DNA of 46,688 nucleotides from Candidatus Woesearchaeota archaeon (GTDB taxonomy: Archaea; Nanobdellota; Nanobdellia; SCGC-AAA011-G17; JAFCDX01). The stretch is taken from contig JAFCDX010000006.1 of NCBI GenBank assembly GCA_017609465.1, positions 1-46,688 of the forward strand, given 5' to 3'. The notes under the pieces are model-generated. The model did no database searches. It was not told the DNA's origin and saw only the letters and a list, made by a program, of their open reading frames with translations. Positions 28,222 to 39,400 of the stretch are shown here, piece by piece (position 1 is the first letter of the stretch; each line of letters begins with the position of its first letter). The translations under genes and the position numbers were made by a program.

Positions 28222-29526
28222 ATGCAAAGAATACAAAAAACGCTAAGCATATTTTTAGCATTTGTAGTAGGATTAGTATTAGTTGCTAACAGTGCTTATG
28301 CATTGACTTTTGAGGAAATACAAGTTAATGACGTTGAGTATGAAGCTGGAAACTCCATAATCCATGTAGATAGAGGAGACACTGTTGACATCAGAGTAGA
28401 AATGAAAGGTGGAGCAGTTGACGAGGAAAGAGTTAGAGTGAAATCATGGATTGGTGGTTACAAATACAACGAAATTGAAGACGCAACAGAAAGATTTTCT
28501 GTATTAGCAGATACTTTATATGTCAAGAATTTGGAATTAGAAATTCCTCATGACATGGAAGCAACAGATGACTATACATTACACGTTGAAGCATACGGAC
28601 CACAAGGAGAATCCATAAAGCATGAACAGTTCACTTTGAAAGTGACACCTACAGAAGATCTTGTAGTAATACAGGATGTTATTGTAAACCCGGGTTTAAA
28701 TGTTGAAGCAGGCAAGCCATTGTTTGTAACTGTAAGAGCAGAAAACCAAGGGGAAAATAAGCAGGAAGATGTAAGGGTTAAGGTAAGCATTCCTAAATTA
28801 GGAATCTCAGCAAGAACTTACATTGACGAATTGGTGTCAGAAGAATTTTGTGATCAGTTTGACTGTGATGACGATGAAGAAACATCTGAATCTTCTGATG
28901 AATTAATGTTAAAGATTCCAGAAGATGCAAAAGAAGGCACATATGAATTAAATGTAGAAGTTGAATATGACAGATTCCATAAATCAACTAGCGAATCAAT
29001 GTTAGTCTTTGTGGAAGGCAAAGAAGTTGTAGAAGATGAAGACGAAGGAGAAGTAAAGAGAGTAATTAACGTGGATACAAAGACACAGGAAATTACTCAA
29101 GGTGAAAAAGGTGTTGTTTACAGAATAACATTGGCAAACCTTGGCGACTCAGCAGAAACATACAACTTAGAAGTAAGTGATGTCGGAACATGGGGAACTG
29201 CAAGAGTAGACCCAAGTTTAGTAACTGTACAAAAAGATTCAACTGGAGAAGCATTCGTATATGTTGCAGCAAACGAGAACGCAGTTGAAGGATTGCATGT
29301 ATTTACAGTAGAAGTGAATAAAGACGGCCAAACTGTTAAGGAAATTACTTTGACAGCAGATGTCAAAGAAGGAAAATCTGGACTTGAATTGACACAAGCA
29401 CTCTGGATAGTTTTTGGTGTTTTGGTGTTAATAGTAATAGTATTGGGAATTGTACTATTAATAAAAAAGTCTGGAGAAGAAGAAACAGAAGAGCCAAGCA
29501 TGACTGAAGGCCAAACTTACTACTAA
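28222..29526 (+). CDS. Putative S-layer/cell-surface protein with three Ig-like (CARDB-type) domains
   Basis: Signal peptide ..AYA, acidic beta-rich repeats (V.AENQG, ITLANLG), C-terminal TM; strong promoter and T-tract terminator. Confidence 0.7.
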   Translation: MQRIQKTLSIFLAFVVGLVLVANSAYALTFEEIQVNDVEYEAGNSIIHVDRGDTVDIRVEMKGGAVDEERVRVKSWIGGYKYNEIEDATERFSVLADTLYVKNLELEIPHDMEATDDYTLHVEAYGPQGESIKHEQFTLKVTPTEDLVVIQDVIVNPGLNVEAGKPLFVTVRAENQGENKQEDVRVKVSIPKLGISARTYIDELVSEEFCDQFDCDDDEETSESSDELMLKIPEDAKEGTYELNVEVEYDRFHKSTSESMLVFVEGKEVVEDEDEGEVKRVINVDTKTQEITQGEKGVVYRITLANLGDSAETYNLEVSDVGTWGTARVDPSLVTVQKDSTGEAFVYVAANENAVEGLHVFTVEVNKDGQTVKEITLTADVKEGKSGLELTQALWIVFGVLVLIVIVLGIVLLIKKSGEEETEEPSMTEGQTYY

Positions 29527-29527
29527 A

Positions 29528-29551
29528 TTTTTTTTCTTTTTTTCTTTTTTT
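29528..29551 (+). terminator. Archaeal poly-T terminator
   Basis: T8-C-T7-C-T7 directly after the stop at 29526. Confidence 0.65.
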
Positions 29552-29622
29552 AATTAAATTATTATTAATAGAAGATATTATTCCAAAATTATATAAAAGA
29601 TATTGTATTAAGAAAAACTAAA

Positions 29623-30181
29623 ATGTTAAAGAGACTATTCACATCAAAAACAAGAACAAGGATATTAGAATATCTATTTTTTCAAAAGAAAGAGACCTAT
29701 CTTAGAGAAATTGTTAGAGAACTTAGTCTTTCACCCAATGCTGTAAAAAGAGAGATAGATAATCTAATTGCTTTTGGATTAGTTAAAAAGAATAAAATAA
29801 AATTAGTTTAAATGAATCTTGTCAAATAATTAATGAATTGAGAAATATTTTTATAAAAACGATTATTTGGTTTATCCGATTAAGAAAGCCTTAAATAAGA
29901 AAGATATAAAATTTGCTTTAATTTTTGGAAGTTTTGCAAAAGGAAATTATGGTTCAGAGAGTGATATTGATTTACTTGTTATCGGAGATGTTAAACAGAA
30001 AGAAATCTTCAAATTGTTGAAACCTGTTGAAAAATTAATAAAAAGAGAAATCAGCCCTGTTGTTTGGACAGTTGAGGAATTAAAGAAAAATAAAAGCAAG
30101 GGTTTTGTTAAGGATATTGCAAAAAAAAGAAAGATAATGATTAAAGGAGGGGGAGATGAATTTCAGAGAATTATTAAATAA
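29623..30181 (+). pseudogene. wHTH-MNT (minimal nucleotidyltransferase) antitoxin, frameshifted
   Basis: LFTSKTR..IL...YLREIVREL wHTH, then IFGSFAKG....SDIDLLVIG; continuity needs frame changes near 29795 and 29860. Confidence 0.8.
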
Positions 30182-30559
30182 TAAAAAAAATAGAGAAAGT
30201 AGAGAAAGAAAAATTTGATGTTGACCTTGCTGAAAAGGATATTAGATCTGCTGAGCATAGTTTTAATTCAGAGGATTATGACTGGGCAATATCAATTGCT
30301 TATAATGCAGTTTTAAGATCTGGAAGAAATTTCATGTTTTATCTAGGTTATAGGCCTATTGGAAGAGAGCATCATAAAAATGTTTTTGAATTCTTAAGAA
30401 AAGCTGGGTTTGATAAAGAATTAACCGATTATTTTGATAATATAAGGAAAGAAAGAAATAAATTTGTTTATGGGGTTGTTGAGGGAGCTTCAAAGGAAAA
30501 TGCTGAAGAAGTAATAGAAAGCAAAAGAATTTGTTCAAAAAATTGGAACAGAAAAATGA
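30156..30559 (+). pseudogene. HEPN-domain toxin, frameshifted
   Basis: ATG 30156 with SD GGAGGGGG; A8 run at 30183-30190 shifts frame; LAEKD..SA......DYDWA...AYNA, HH, RKERNKFVY; further shift near 30520. Confidence 0.78.
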
Positions 30560-30932
30560 AAGGATTAACAAAAATACAAGGGTTTCATTGGAAGAAATTT
30601 TAGAAGTTCTTAAAGAAAATGATATTGAATTCAAGCAAAGATCATCAACAGTTAAAGATAGTATCCCTCATTTCAAAAGAAACAGAATAATAATCAAAGA
30701 CAAAAACATTAAAATATGATATATGAAAATCTTGGAAGACCTGCTGAATCTTCTAGAGATGAGGATATATGTTTCTAAATGGAAGATAAATTCTGTTAAT
30801 GGTATAAGAGAAATATCCAAAAATTATGATGAATATGTGATTCATATTAAGGATGGCCATATATTGGAAGAGATTTCTTTATGTTATGTGTAAAAAAAAA
30901 GATTTATAAATAGTTAAGTATGTTAAAATAAT

Positions 30933-33707
30933 ATGAAAAAGAGGTTATTTTTACTATTATTTTATTTAACTTTAATAGTATTAAGTGTATTTGCTGCTGA
31001 TAAAATTATCATACCTGATGGTGGGGGGGATTATCAGAATTTAACAGCTTGCTTAAATGCTTTAAATAATACAAGAGGAGATGCATGTATTTTTAATTAC
31101 ACCTCTGGAACAAACTCCACTATTTTTACTTTGCCTAAAACTTATTATAACTTAAGTAAAAGTACTTCACATGTAGATACTTCTGGTTCTATTATATTAA
31201 ATAATGTAAATAATATAACAATTGACTGTAATTTCTCTATAATAACAGGTATAGAATATTCCAATGGAAGTGGATTTTTCATTCATAATTCATCCAATAT
31301 AACTATAAAAAATTGCAACATAAAGAATTATATAATTACAGGTATTTATGTAAATGATACTAATAATATCACTATTGATAATTTTAATTTATATAATATA
31401 TCCTATAGTTCAATATATTTTGATAAAACAAATAATAGTTTCATTAGAAATATAAATGTATCTACTAATAGAAAAAGTTGGTTTGAATTATACTCGGGAC
31501 TTGGTTATGCAAATTTTTATGGTATATATTTTAAAAAATCTAATTCAAATATAGTAAATAATTTTACTTTATTGGGTCAGGGTTTTGTAGGAACAGGAAA
31601 TAATGCAGGTTCTACAGGTATCCGCCTAGAAAGTTCTACTAATAATAATTTTTCAAATGGGACCATAGATAGATTTAATTGGAATTCTGCACTTTTTTTA
31701 TATTATGATGATACTGTCAATAATACATTTATATATATTAATTTTACGCATAATAATAATATTCTTGATTTTAGTAGTGGTGGAAAACCTATGTACAATC
31801 TTATAAATAAATCAAATTTTATATGGAATAATAATATAAAAATTTGGGAATGGGGGTTTCCTCATGGATTAAATTGTTCTGAATGTATTATGGATAATAT
31901 AAGAGATGATCAAATATTGATAGGAATAAATAATACACCAAATAAAACTACTGGAGAATTTATTAACTTTAATGTCACATTCAGGGAAGTTTCATTTTTA
32001 AATAATTTAGGAGATCCTAATAATTATAATATATCTATTTATCCAGAGCCAACTAATCTACAATATCATAAATCTGGGCCTTATTTGTTTGGTAATTTTA
32101 CTGCTGAAAGACCAGGTATATATACTATCAAAATCAATATGACAGATAATAAAAGTAATGTTATATTTAGAAATAATCATATATATGTTAATACAACACC
32201 AAATACAATTACATACTATTTTGCTGCAAATAGGACCATGTTACATGGACAGCCAAATGTTATAGGACGTGGCTCTACCGATGCAATTGGGATGTTATTA
32301 ACAATACCTGAAGTAGATGGTGTTGGTTTCTGTAGCAATTGGTGGGCAGCATCCCCTGATGAAATACCCCCATCTCCATTTGGAGTATTAGTTGATTATA
32401 ATTTTAGTATGTATCATAATCAAAGTGGATCAAGTTCTACAACTATGGAATTAGGAAGATATGCTACATATACTGGAGGGGGCAATCCAGATCATGATGC
32501 AGAGGCAAGACCACTTTTTTATGGAAGAGAAAAACCAATGTGGTATAATACTACAAAGATAAGTAATTATTTAATTCCAATAGAATCACAACAAGACTGG
32601 TTCTGGTTACAATTTTTGGAAGAGGATAATTCTGCAGGTACATTAGACCCTCATGTTTTTACAGGTCCAACAAATACAAGTAGTATTAATATAACTTATT
32701 TATACACATATCCAAAAATATCAAATATAACAAATTTAAATGTTAGATTATTATCAGCAACTTTGATTAAAGATAATTCAAAAAATGCGACTATACAATT
32801 AGAAACAAATAAATATAGTTTATTAGATGGTGATACATCTACAAATATAACTATAGAAATGCCTGTTACTTCAACAACTTACAAAGCATATTATGATGGA
32901 ACTTTATGTTTAAGTGGAGGTATATGTAATTATAGTGCAATAGATAATGCAATTACATTACAAATTAATGTAGGCTCCATCCATGAAATTGGGATAGAAG
33001 AAGATATAATTTCTGTTGATACCTTTCCTAATATTGATTTTAGTATGTATCTTAATGATATAAAAGAAGTATCATGTTCAGCATCAAATACTATTGGAAT
33101 AAACAAAGTAGAATTGACAATTGGTAGTGATGTTATATGTAGAGGAACAGATTCATGTTCATCAGATTATAAAGCAAGTGATTTGGGTGTAAAAAAGATG
33201 TTTTGTACAGCAACAGATGATATAGGAAACGCTAAACAAACATTACCAATTGATATAACAGTAAGATCAACAAGAAGTTCAGATGATGGAGGTTCAGATC
33301 CGGGACCAACTACAACAATAACTGAAGATACACAAGACATAACAGTAGACAAAGGAAGAATAATAATGGTAAAAGAAGGTTATTCTATAGAAATAAATAA
33401 TATATTGGGTGATTCAATAGATTATACAATATATGACAGTGGTAAAGAAGTATTAAAAGATAATATTAAATTAAAGGATTCTAAAGATATAGATCTTGAT
33501 AATGATGGAAATAATGATATTAGATTAAGATTAAATTCCATTAAACTTAATAAAGCAGATATTACTATAGAAAGATTGGGTTCTTCTGAAGATATTATTG
33601 AAGAAGTTACAGAAGAAGAAAAATCTTTATTATGGGTGTGGATATTAGTATTTATTCTTATAATTGGTGTTGTTGGTTATTTTGTTTATGATAAGTATAA
33701 GAAATAG
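30933..33707 (+). CDS. Large surface protein with parallel beta-helix (NosD/pectin-lyase-like) repeats
   Basis: Signal peptide; NITIDCN, NITIKNCNI, GIYV..TNNITI repeats; many NxS/T sequons; Ig-like domain, DLDNDG..D domain, C-terminal TM. Confidence 0.82.
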   Translation: MKKRLFLLLFYLTLIVLSVFAADKIIIPDGGGDYQNLTACLNALNNTRGDACIFNYTSGTNSTIFTLPKTYYNLSKSTSHVDTSGSIILNNVNNITIDCNFSIITGIEYSNGSGFFIHNSSNITIKNCNIKNYIITGIYVNDTNNITIDNFNLYNISYSSIYFDKTNNSFIRNINVSTNRKSWFELYSGLGYANFYGIYFKKSNSNIVNNFTLLGQGFVGTGNNAGSTGIRLESSTNNNFSNGTIDRFNWNSALFLYYDDTVNNTFIYINFTHNNNILDFSSGGKPMYNLINKSNFIWNNNIKIWEWGFPHGLNCSECIMDNIRDDQILIGINNTPNKTTGEFINFNVTFREVSFLNNLGDPNNYNISIYPEPTNLQYHKSGPYLFGNFTAERPGIYTIKINMTDNKSNVIFRNNHIYVNTTPNTITYYFAANRTMLHGQPNVIGRGSTDAIGMLLTIPEVDGVGFCSNWWAASPDEIPPSPFGVLVDYNFSMYHNQSGSSSTTMELGRYATYTGGGNPDHDAEARPLFYGREKPMWYNTTKISNYLIPIESQQDWFWLQFLEEDNSAGTLDPHVFTGPTNTSSINITYLYTYPKISNITNLNVRLLSATLIKDNSKNATIQLETNKYSLLDGDTSTNITIEMPVTSTTYKAYYDGTLCLSGGICNYSAIDNAITLQINVGSIHEIGIEEDIISVDTFPNIDFSMYLNDIKEVSCSASNTIGINKVELTIGSDVICRGTDSCSSDYKASDLGVKKMFCTATDDIGNAKQTLPIDITVRSTRSSDDGGSDPGPTTTITEDTQDITVDKGRIIMVKEGYSIEINNILGDSIDYTIYDSGKEVLKDNIKLKDSKDIDLDNDGNNDIRLRLNSIKLNKADITIERLGSSEDIIEEVTEEEKSLLWVWILVFILIIGVVGYFVYDKYKK

Positions 33708-33889
33708 TTTCTATTTATAATAGAAAGATTTTTGGGGTAGATATTGAAATAAAATCTACAAATAAACAACTATAACAATTATTTTATATAAATTAAGTTA
33801 AAATAACTATGTTTGCAATATCTATGTTTTTATTAAAGAATATTTATATATTAATGTTTTCTCTTTAAAATGATAAAGAAGGTGAATTT

Positions 33890-36400
33890 ATGCATAGTAA
33901 CAAATATATAATAACTTTAATTGCATTAATACTAATCAGTTCTGCTTCTTCATTAGAATTAAACGCTGGAGAAAATGCTGTTTCAGTATGCCCTAGAAGC
34001 ACTCAATTATTCATAGATAATATAGTAAATGATGAATCTGTTCAAAAGGAATATACAGTTAATGCTGTTGGAGAGGCTTCTGCTTTTGCAACACCAGCAA
34101 CAAATGGTTTTATCCTTGAGCCTGGAGAGTCAAAAGCAATATATACTTATGTAACCCCTTTTTCTGACACTCTTCCTAAGCAATACAGTCTTGATGTTAA
34201 AATAAGCACAAAGGATTCTTTTGTAATCGCATCACACATAGTAAATGTAAAAGATTGTCATATATTAAATACAGCAATAGGACAGATACAAAAAGAAACT
34301 TGTCCTGGAGAAACAGCCCAATTTGAATTTAATATACAAAACAATGGGGAATATCAGGAAATTTATTCATTGTATGCAGAAGGAGAAATATCTGAAAAAA
34401 TATCATTAAGCGAAGAGGTAATAAAATTAAATCCAGGAGAGTCAAAAACAATAATAGCTTATGCTAAAGCAGATCCTGATGATGAAGGGATTTATGAATT
34501 TTCAGTAACTGCAGATTCGCAGGTAAGTAATGCAATATCAACAACAAAAGCAACTCTAAAAGTAAATCCTTGCTATGAATATGATGTTTTTGCTGAAGAG
34601 GATTTTGTTGAAATTTGCGAACATAGTAGAGAAGTAATACCCATAAGAATTGATAATAAAGGCTCTGTTGTTAATACTTTTAATTTGGGCGTTGAAGGTC
34701 CTTCATGGGCCTCTGTATCAAACAACAAAGTAACTGTAAATCCAGGTTCAAGTGCAGTTAGTGAATTAATATTAACTCCTAATTATGAGGTGGAAGATGG
34801 ATTTAACATAGAAGTTGAAGTAACTCCTGAAAAAGGAGAATTAAAAGCAAGACAAACTTTTAAGGCAATTGTAAGAAAATGCCATTCTGTTCTTGTTGAC
34901 ATACAGGCAGATGAAGACAAGATATGCAATTCAATTTCAAACAATTATAATGTACTTGTAAAAAACACAGGGGAAGTTTCAAAGCAATTTGCATTAGAAG
35001 GCATAGGTCCCTCATGGGTTACAACAGATGCACCCGCACAATTTTCATTAGATGCAGGAGAGGAAAAATCATTCATAATAAATGTAAATCCTAATTTTAA
35101 TACAAACCCTAGTGATTATGATATAACTTTAAGAGCAAAAGCATTGGATGATTCAGGAGTATCATCTGAAGACACTTTCACAATAACAACAGTGTCTAAA
35201 GAAGATTGCTACAAGCCAAAAATAATTTTAGAAAAAGACAGTATAGATGTTTATTATGATGGAAGCGCTAAATTGCCTGTTATTGTTGAAAATACAGGAA
35301 CATATGATGCTATTTATGAATTAGGCATATCCGACACTGCTTCATCATTCGTTGAATTAAATCCTTCTGTAGTTGAAATATCTCCTGGAGATTCAGAAGT
35401 TGTTTATGTTTACATTGCACCAAATGCTCAGATTGATGATGGAAGTTATCTTGCAACAATTTCAGCAAAGTTGCCTGATTCAACAATACTTGCTTCAGAA
35501 GATCTTGATATTGAAATAATAAATGTAAAACCAAAGGATACTATTCCAAGAGAAGACAAGGTTTCTTTCTGGCAAAAAATTACAGGATTTTTTGTAAGTT
35601 TATTTTCTTTTGAACCTACAAATGAAACAGAATCCGTCGAAGAGATTGAAATCATTAACGAAACCCCTGATATTGGTTTAGTTGAAGAAGAACCATTAGA
35701 AGATATAACAACGGTTGTTGAGCCTGTGGAAGAAGATATTACTGAAGAAGTTGTTGAAAAGGAACCAATAATTGAGGAAGAACCTGTAATAGAAGAAACC
35801 ATTAATGAAACAGAAGAAATTGTAGAAGAAGTCACAGAGGATGGTTCTGATGTTGAAGAAGAGATTACTGAAGAAGTTGTTGAAGAGAGTGAACCAGTAC
35901 AAAGCGGAGATGTCAAATGCCAGATAAATGGGGTTGATTCTCTTGATTTAGTAGATTCAATAAGCATAACATTAACAGAAGATGAAGATTATGAAATAAT
36001 AGTAAAAGAGCAAAAGCATAATATAAAAGTCAGTGCAATAGATGAAAATAGTGTATTCTTGATAATAACATCTGAACCACAGCAATTGCTAATAACAGAA
36101 GGAGAAACAAAAAATATTGATCTTGATAATGATGGAGGCTTTGATATGAAGATAACATTGAATGAAGCTAATAGGGACAATGCGAATTTTGTGTTTGAAA
36201 AAGTTGAAGAAGAAAATCCTGTATTCAAAACATTAGATTATTTAAAACAATATGAAAATTACATAATAGCAGGAATAATAGCAGTAATAATATTAATCAT
36301 AATAATAAAGACAAAATTTTACCAGAAGGCAATTGATTTCTTTGAAGAAGAGATAGAAGAAGAAGATATTAAAGACGAAGAAAAGAAAGACAAGGAATAA
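33890..36400 (+). CDS. Large surface protein with tandem Ig-like domains
   Basis: About five ~100-aa repeats with C...N.G...L.PGE pattern; Glu-rich linker; IDLDNDG domain; C-terminal TM. Confidence 0.8.
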   Translation: MHSNKYIITLIALILISSASSLELNAGENAVSVCPRSTQLFIDNIVNDESVQKEYTVNAVGEASAFATPATNGFILEPGESKAIYTYVTPFSDTLPKQYSLDVKISTKDSFVIASHIVNVKDCHILNTAIGQIQKETCPGETAQFEFNIQNNGEYQEIYSLYAEGEISEKISLSEEVIKLNPGESKTIIAYAKADPDDEGIYEFSVTADSQVSNAISTTKATLKVNPCYEYDVFAEEDFVEICEHSREVIPIRIDNKGSVVNTFNLGVEGPSWASVSNNKVTVNPGSSAVSELILTPNYEVEDGFNIEVEVTPEKGELKARQTFKAIVRKCHSVLVDIQADEDKICNSISNNYNVLVKNTGEVSKQFALEGIGPSWVTTDAPAQFSLDAGEEKSFIINVNPNFNTNPSDYDITLRAKALDDSGVSSEDTFTITTVSKEDCYKPKIILEKDSIDVYYDGSAKLPVIVENTGTYDAIYELGISDTASSFVELNPSVVEISPGDSEVVYVYIAPNAQIDDGSYLATISAKLPDSTILASEDLDIEIINVKPKDTIPREDKVSFWQKITGFFVSLFSFEPTNETESVEEIEIINETPDIGLVEEEPLEDITTVVEPVEEDITEEVVEKEPIIEEEPVIEETINETEEIVEEVTEDGSDVEEEITEEVVEESEPVQSGDVKCQINGVDSLDLVDSISITLTEDEDYEIIVKEQKHNIKVSAIDENSVFLIITSEPQQLLITEGETKNIDLDNDGGFDMKITLNEANRDNANFVFEKVEEENPVFKTLDYLKQYENYIIAGIIAVIILIIIIKTKFYQKAIDFFEEEIEEEDIKDEEKKDKE

Positions 36401-36430
36401 TTTTATAAATAAATAATATCTTATAATAAC

Positions 36431-39400
36431 ATGAAAAAAGAGGCATTAAAAAGTATAACTTTTATATTTGTTTTTTCAGTAGTTTTATTATCAATTTATA
36501 TTTTGATATATCCAGGCAAGGATGATTTATCTCAAATATCTGGTAAATCTGTAAACTCTAAAGACGGTATTATTGATTCTCCTGATTTGATGTTTGGAGT
36601 TCAGCAAGATTATATTAAGCAAACTTACTTTTTGGACTTGAATGGAGATGGTTATACAACAGAATCAGACTGCGACATGATAATATATAGAACCCCAAAT
36701 CCAGATTATAAGTGTGATTTTACCCCAAATTGTAAAACAGGAGATGCAAACCTAGACGGATCAATCTTTGCAACAGATGCTTCTAAGTGTAGAAGTGTAA
36801 CATCTCATCAAAGTCTAAACTTACCACAAACTCTAAACATAAGCGTTGTTTCAAATACATCAAATATAATAACTTTAAGAGTAATGGGAAAACTTTTAGG
36901 TAATGAGAATCCTATGGCAGGAATCATGGTGGAGCCTGAAACAGGAAATAAAAACAATGTATCTTTTAATGTAGATTATAATTATACAAATGATAGTGGA
37001 ATGGTTTCATTTAAATATGTTATTAATCAATTTAATACTCAGCAAGTTCTTAATTTTACAATATATAATGGTTCTGTGATTGGAAAAACTCTTGATGGTA
37101 TGGGAACAACAAAAGAATATAGTATAGGAAATGCTCTGAATACCACATTTAACTTTAGCAAAAAATCTCCTGTTATAATGGATATAAAAAATGTTACACT
37201 TGAGCCAAATATAACAATAATGTATTACTGGGAAAATTTAACCTTTAATTGCTCTGCAACTTTTTATGATACAGAAACAAAATATAATAATATATCATGG
37301 TATTGGTACCAAGAAGACAGTGTTTTTATAAGCAATTTAACAAATGGAATGAATATGAGCAATCACACAAATGTAATAAATGGAACTTATTGGAGCCCTG
37401 TAAATCTAAGTAATGGCACAGGAACTAAAAACTATAAATTTGGGTATAATTATTCCTGCGGTATTGGTATATGGAATGGATCAAACATGTATTTTGCAAA
37501 TTCTTCTAATGTAAGCATTGATGGTGACTTAAAGATTACAAAACTCAAATATCTAGGAAATCCCAGGGCTTTTTCATTAGATATTGAGGATTATGTATTA
37601 GGAGTTAATTCCAATGACACATGGGGCAATTATCATCAATATAATGATGGTTTAAGAGATCTAATGTATATTTATGACAAGACAAATGAAACCAAGTTCT
37701 CAGTAGGATTAATACCAAGACCTTCAACTTCAGAATGGTTAAATAGCTCTAATTTAAGTAGCACAGATTATAATTTCAGATATGTTACTGCAGATTTAAA
37801 TTATGATAGATATATGTATGTTTATCTTGATGGTGATTCGCACAATACTACTGCAGGAATAGAATATGTAGCAAGTACAAGCAAGCCTAATAACTTAACT
37901 CATACCTATAATATAACAATTGCTTCTTTTAATATATTCTCAAGCATTATGGGAAGAAATGCAACTGCATGGAAATTCCCTGACTTTAATAATGGACCTT
38001 TTGGTGATAAAGTAATAAAGTCAAATGAGATATTTCCATTCAAAATTTTACTTAAGTCTCATCCAGAACCAGAACTGCATACAGTGGAAAAAGATATAAA
38101 TAACACATTAATAGTTCATGAAACTCACAAGGAATCAAGTATTCCCACATCTTTTGGATTGAATTATTTCTTAAACACAAACATATGTCCTAATGGAACA
38201 TATGTTTCATGTATAAACAAAACAGATTATGTAAATGATGTAATAAACTTAATAAATTATGCAGAAGCGCAAGAAAATATATCATATGTTGATTACGGGG
38301 AAATAGGAGAATTAAGCTCTACATATGAAAATACTGTATTGAATATACAAAACAACACTATGTTTGAAATAGTTTCTAATAGCAATTGGACTTATAGAAA
38401 AAGAATGGCTATTAATATAACAGGAATATTTACTGCTTCAAATCAATATTTGAATTTAACAACTCCTTCAGGACTCACAATAGCACAAAATATGACCACT
38501 TATACCGATACTGGTAAAGATAGAGCAGCATTAATAATAATACCAGTAGAGGATGGGAATTATACATTAATTCCAATAGATGTGCAAAGCCCTGATCCTT
38601 ATTTTGAAATAGAAAACTTAACAATATATGCAAATAATACTAAGACTACTTTCAATGGAACTGATGCAAATTCTTCTGCTTATGCAATATTCAAGATAAA
38701 ATGGACAGGGAACTCAAATGTATGGGGAGATTACAATAATACAAATATTGACTTTAATTTAACTCATGGATTTAGATTTAATCATTCCAAAGGAGATGAA
38801 TGGTGGGTTGAGCATGACATGAAAACAGGCAAATTACATATATTGGGTAATTCCAGTTCAGGCACTGAATATATAACAGCACAAATGCCATTTGTATTTT
38901 CAAAAACGGTTAATAAGATAGGTAAAAAAGAATATTATATTAATACCACAGGGATGTTCAAGAATATAAGTTCAAATCATATGAACTTAAGCATCCCCGA
39001 GGATTATCATTCTGATTGGACACTGGAAGTAACTTATGCTAATGGAACCAAAGTATCAAAAAGTTTCTATGAATCATCCTCTATTATGTTTGATGTTCCT
39101 AAAATAGAGGAAAGAAGCTCTTTGAAAATAGAGTATTATGATGGAGTAAATCCTTCTATAACTGAGTTAACACCTTCTTCTGGAAATGTTAATTTGAATG
39201 AGGATGTAATTATATCCTGCTCATGCTCTGATAATTTTAATCTATCTACAATTGAAGTTAAAGTTGATGGTAACATTGTATGCTCTGCAAGCGATAATAA
39301 ACAGGGGCTTTCATGCAGTTCAGATTATAATTTTGGAACTCTTACCTCTAATAACACATTTAATATTCTTGGAGATCACACAATAGAATGCACTGCAACA

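Noticed and set aside
29623-30559. Alternative genetic code or stop readthrough explaining the broken ORFs
   Set aside because: The breaks are frame changes, not in-frame stops, and conserved genes end normally at TAA/TGA
35620-35900. Glu-rich quasi-repeats (gaagatattactgaagaagttgttgaa / gaagagattactgaagaagttgttgaa)
   Set aside because: In-frame low-complexity linker of a surface protein, not an array
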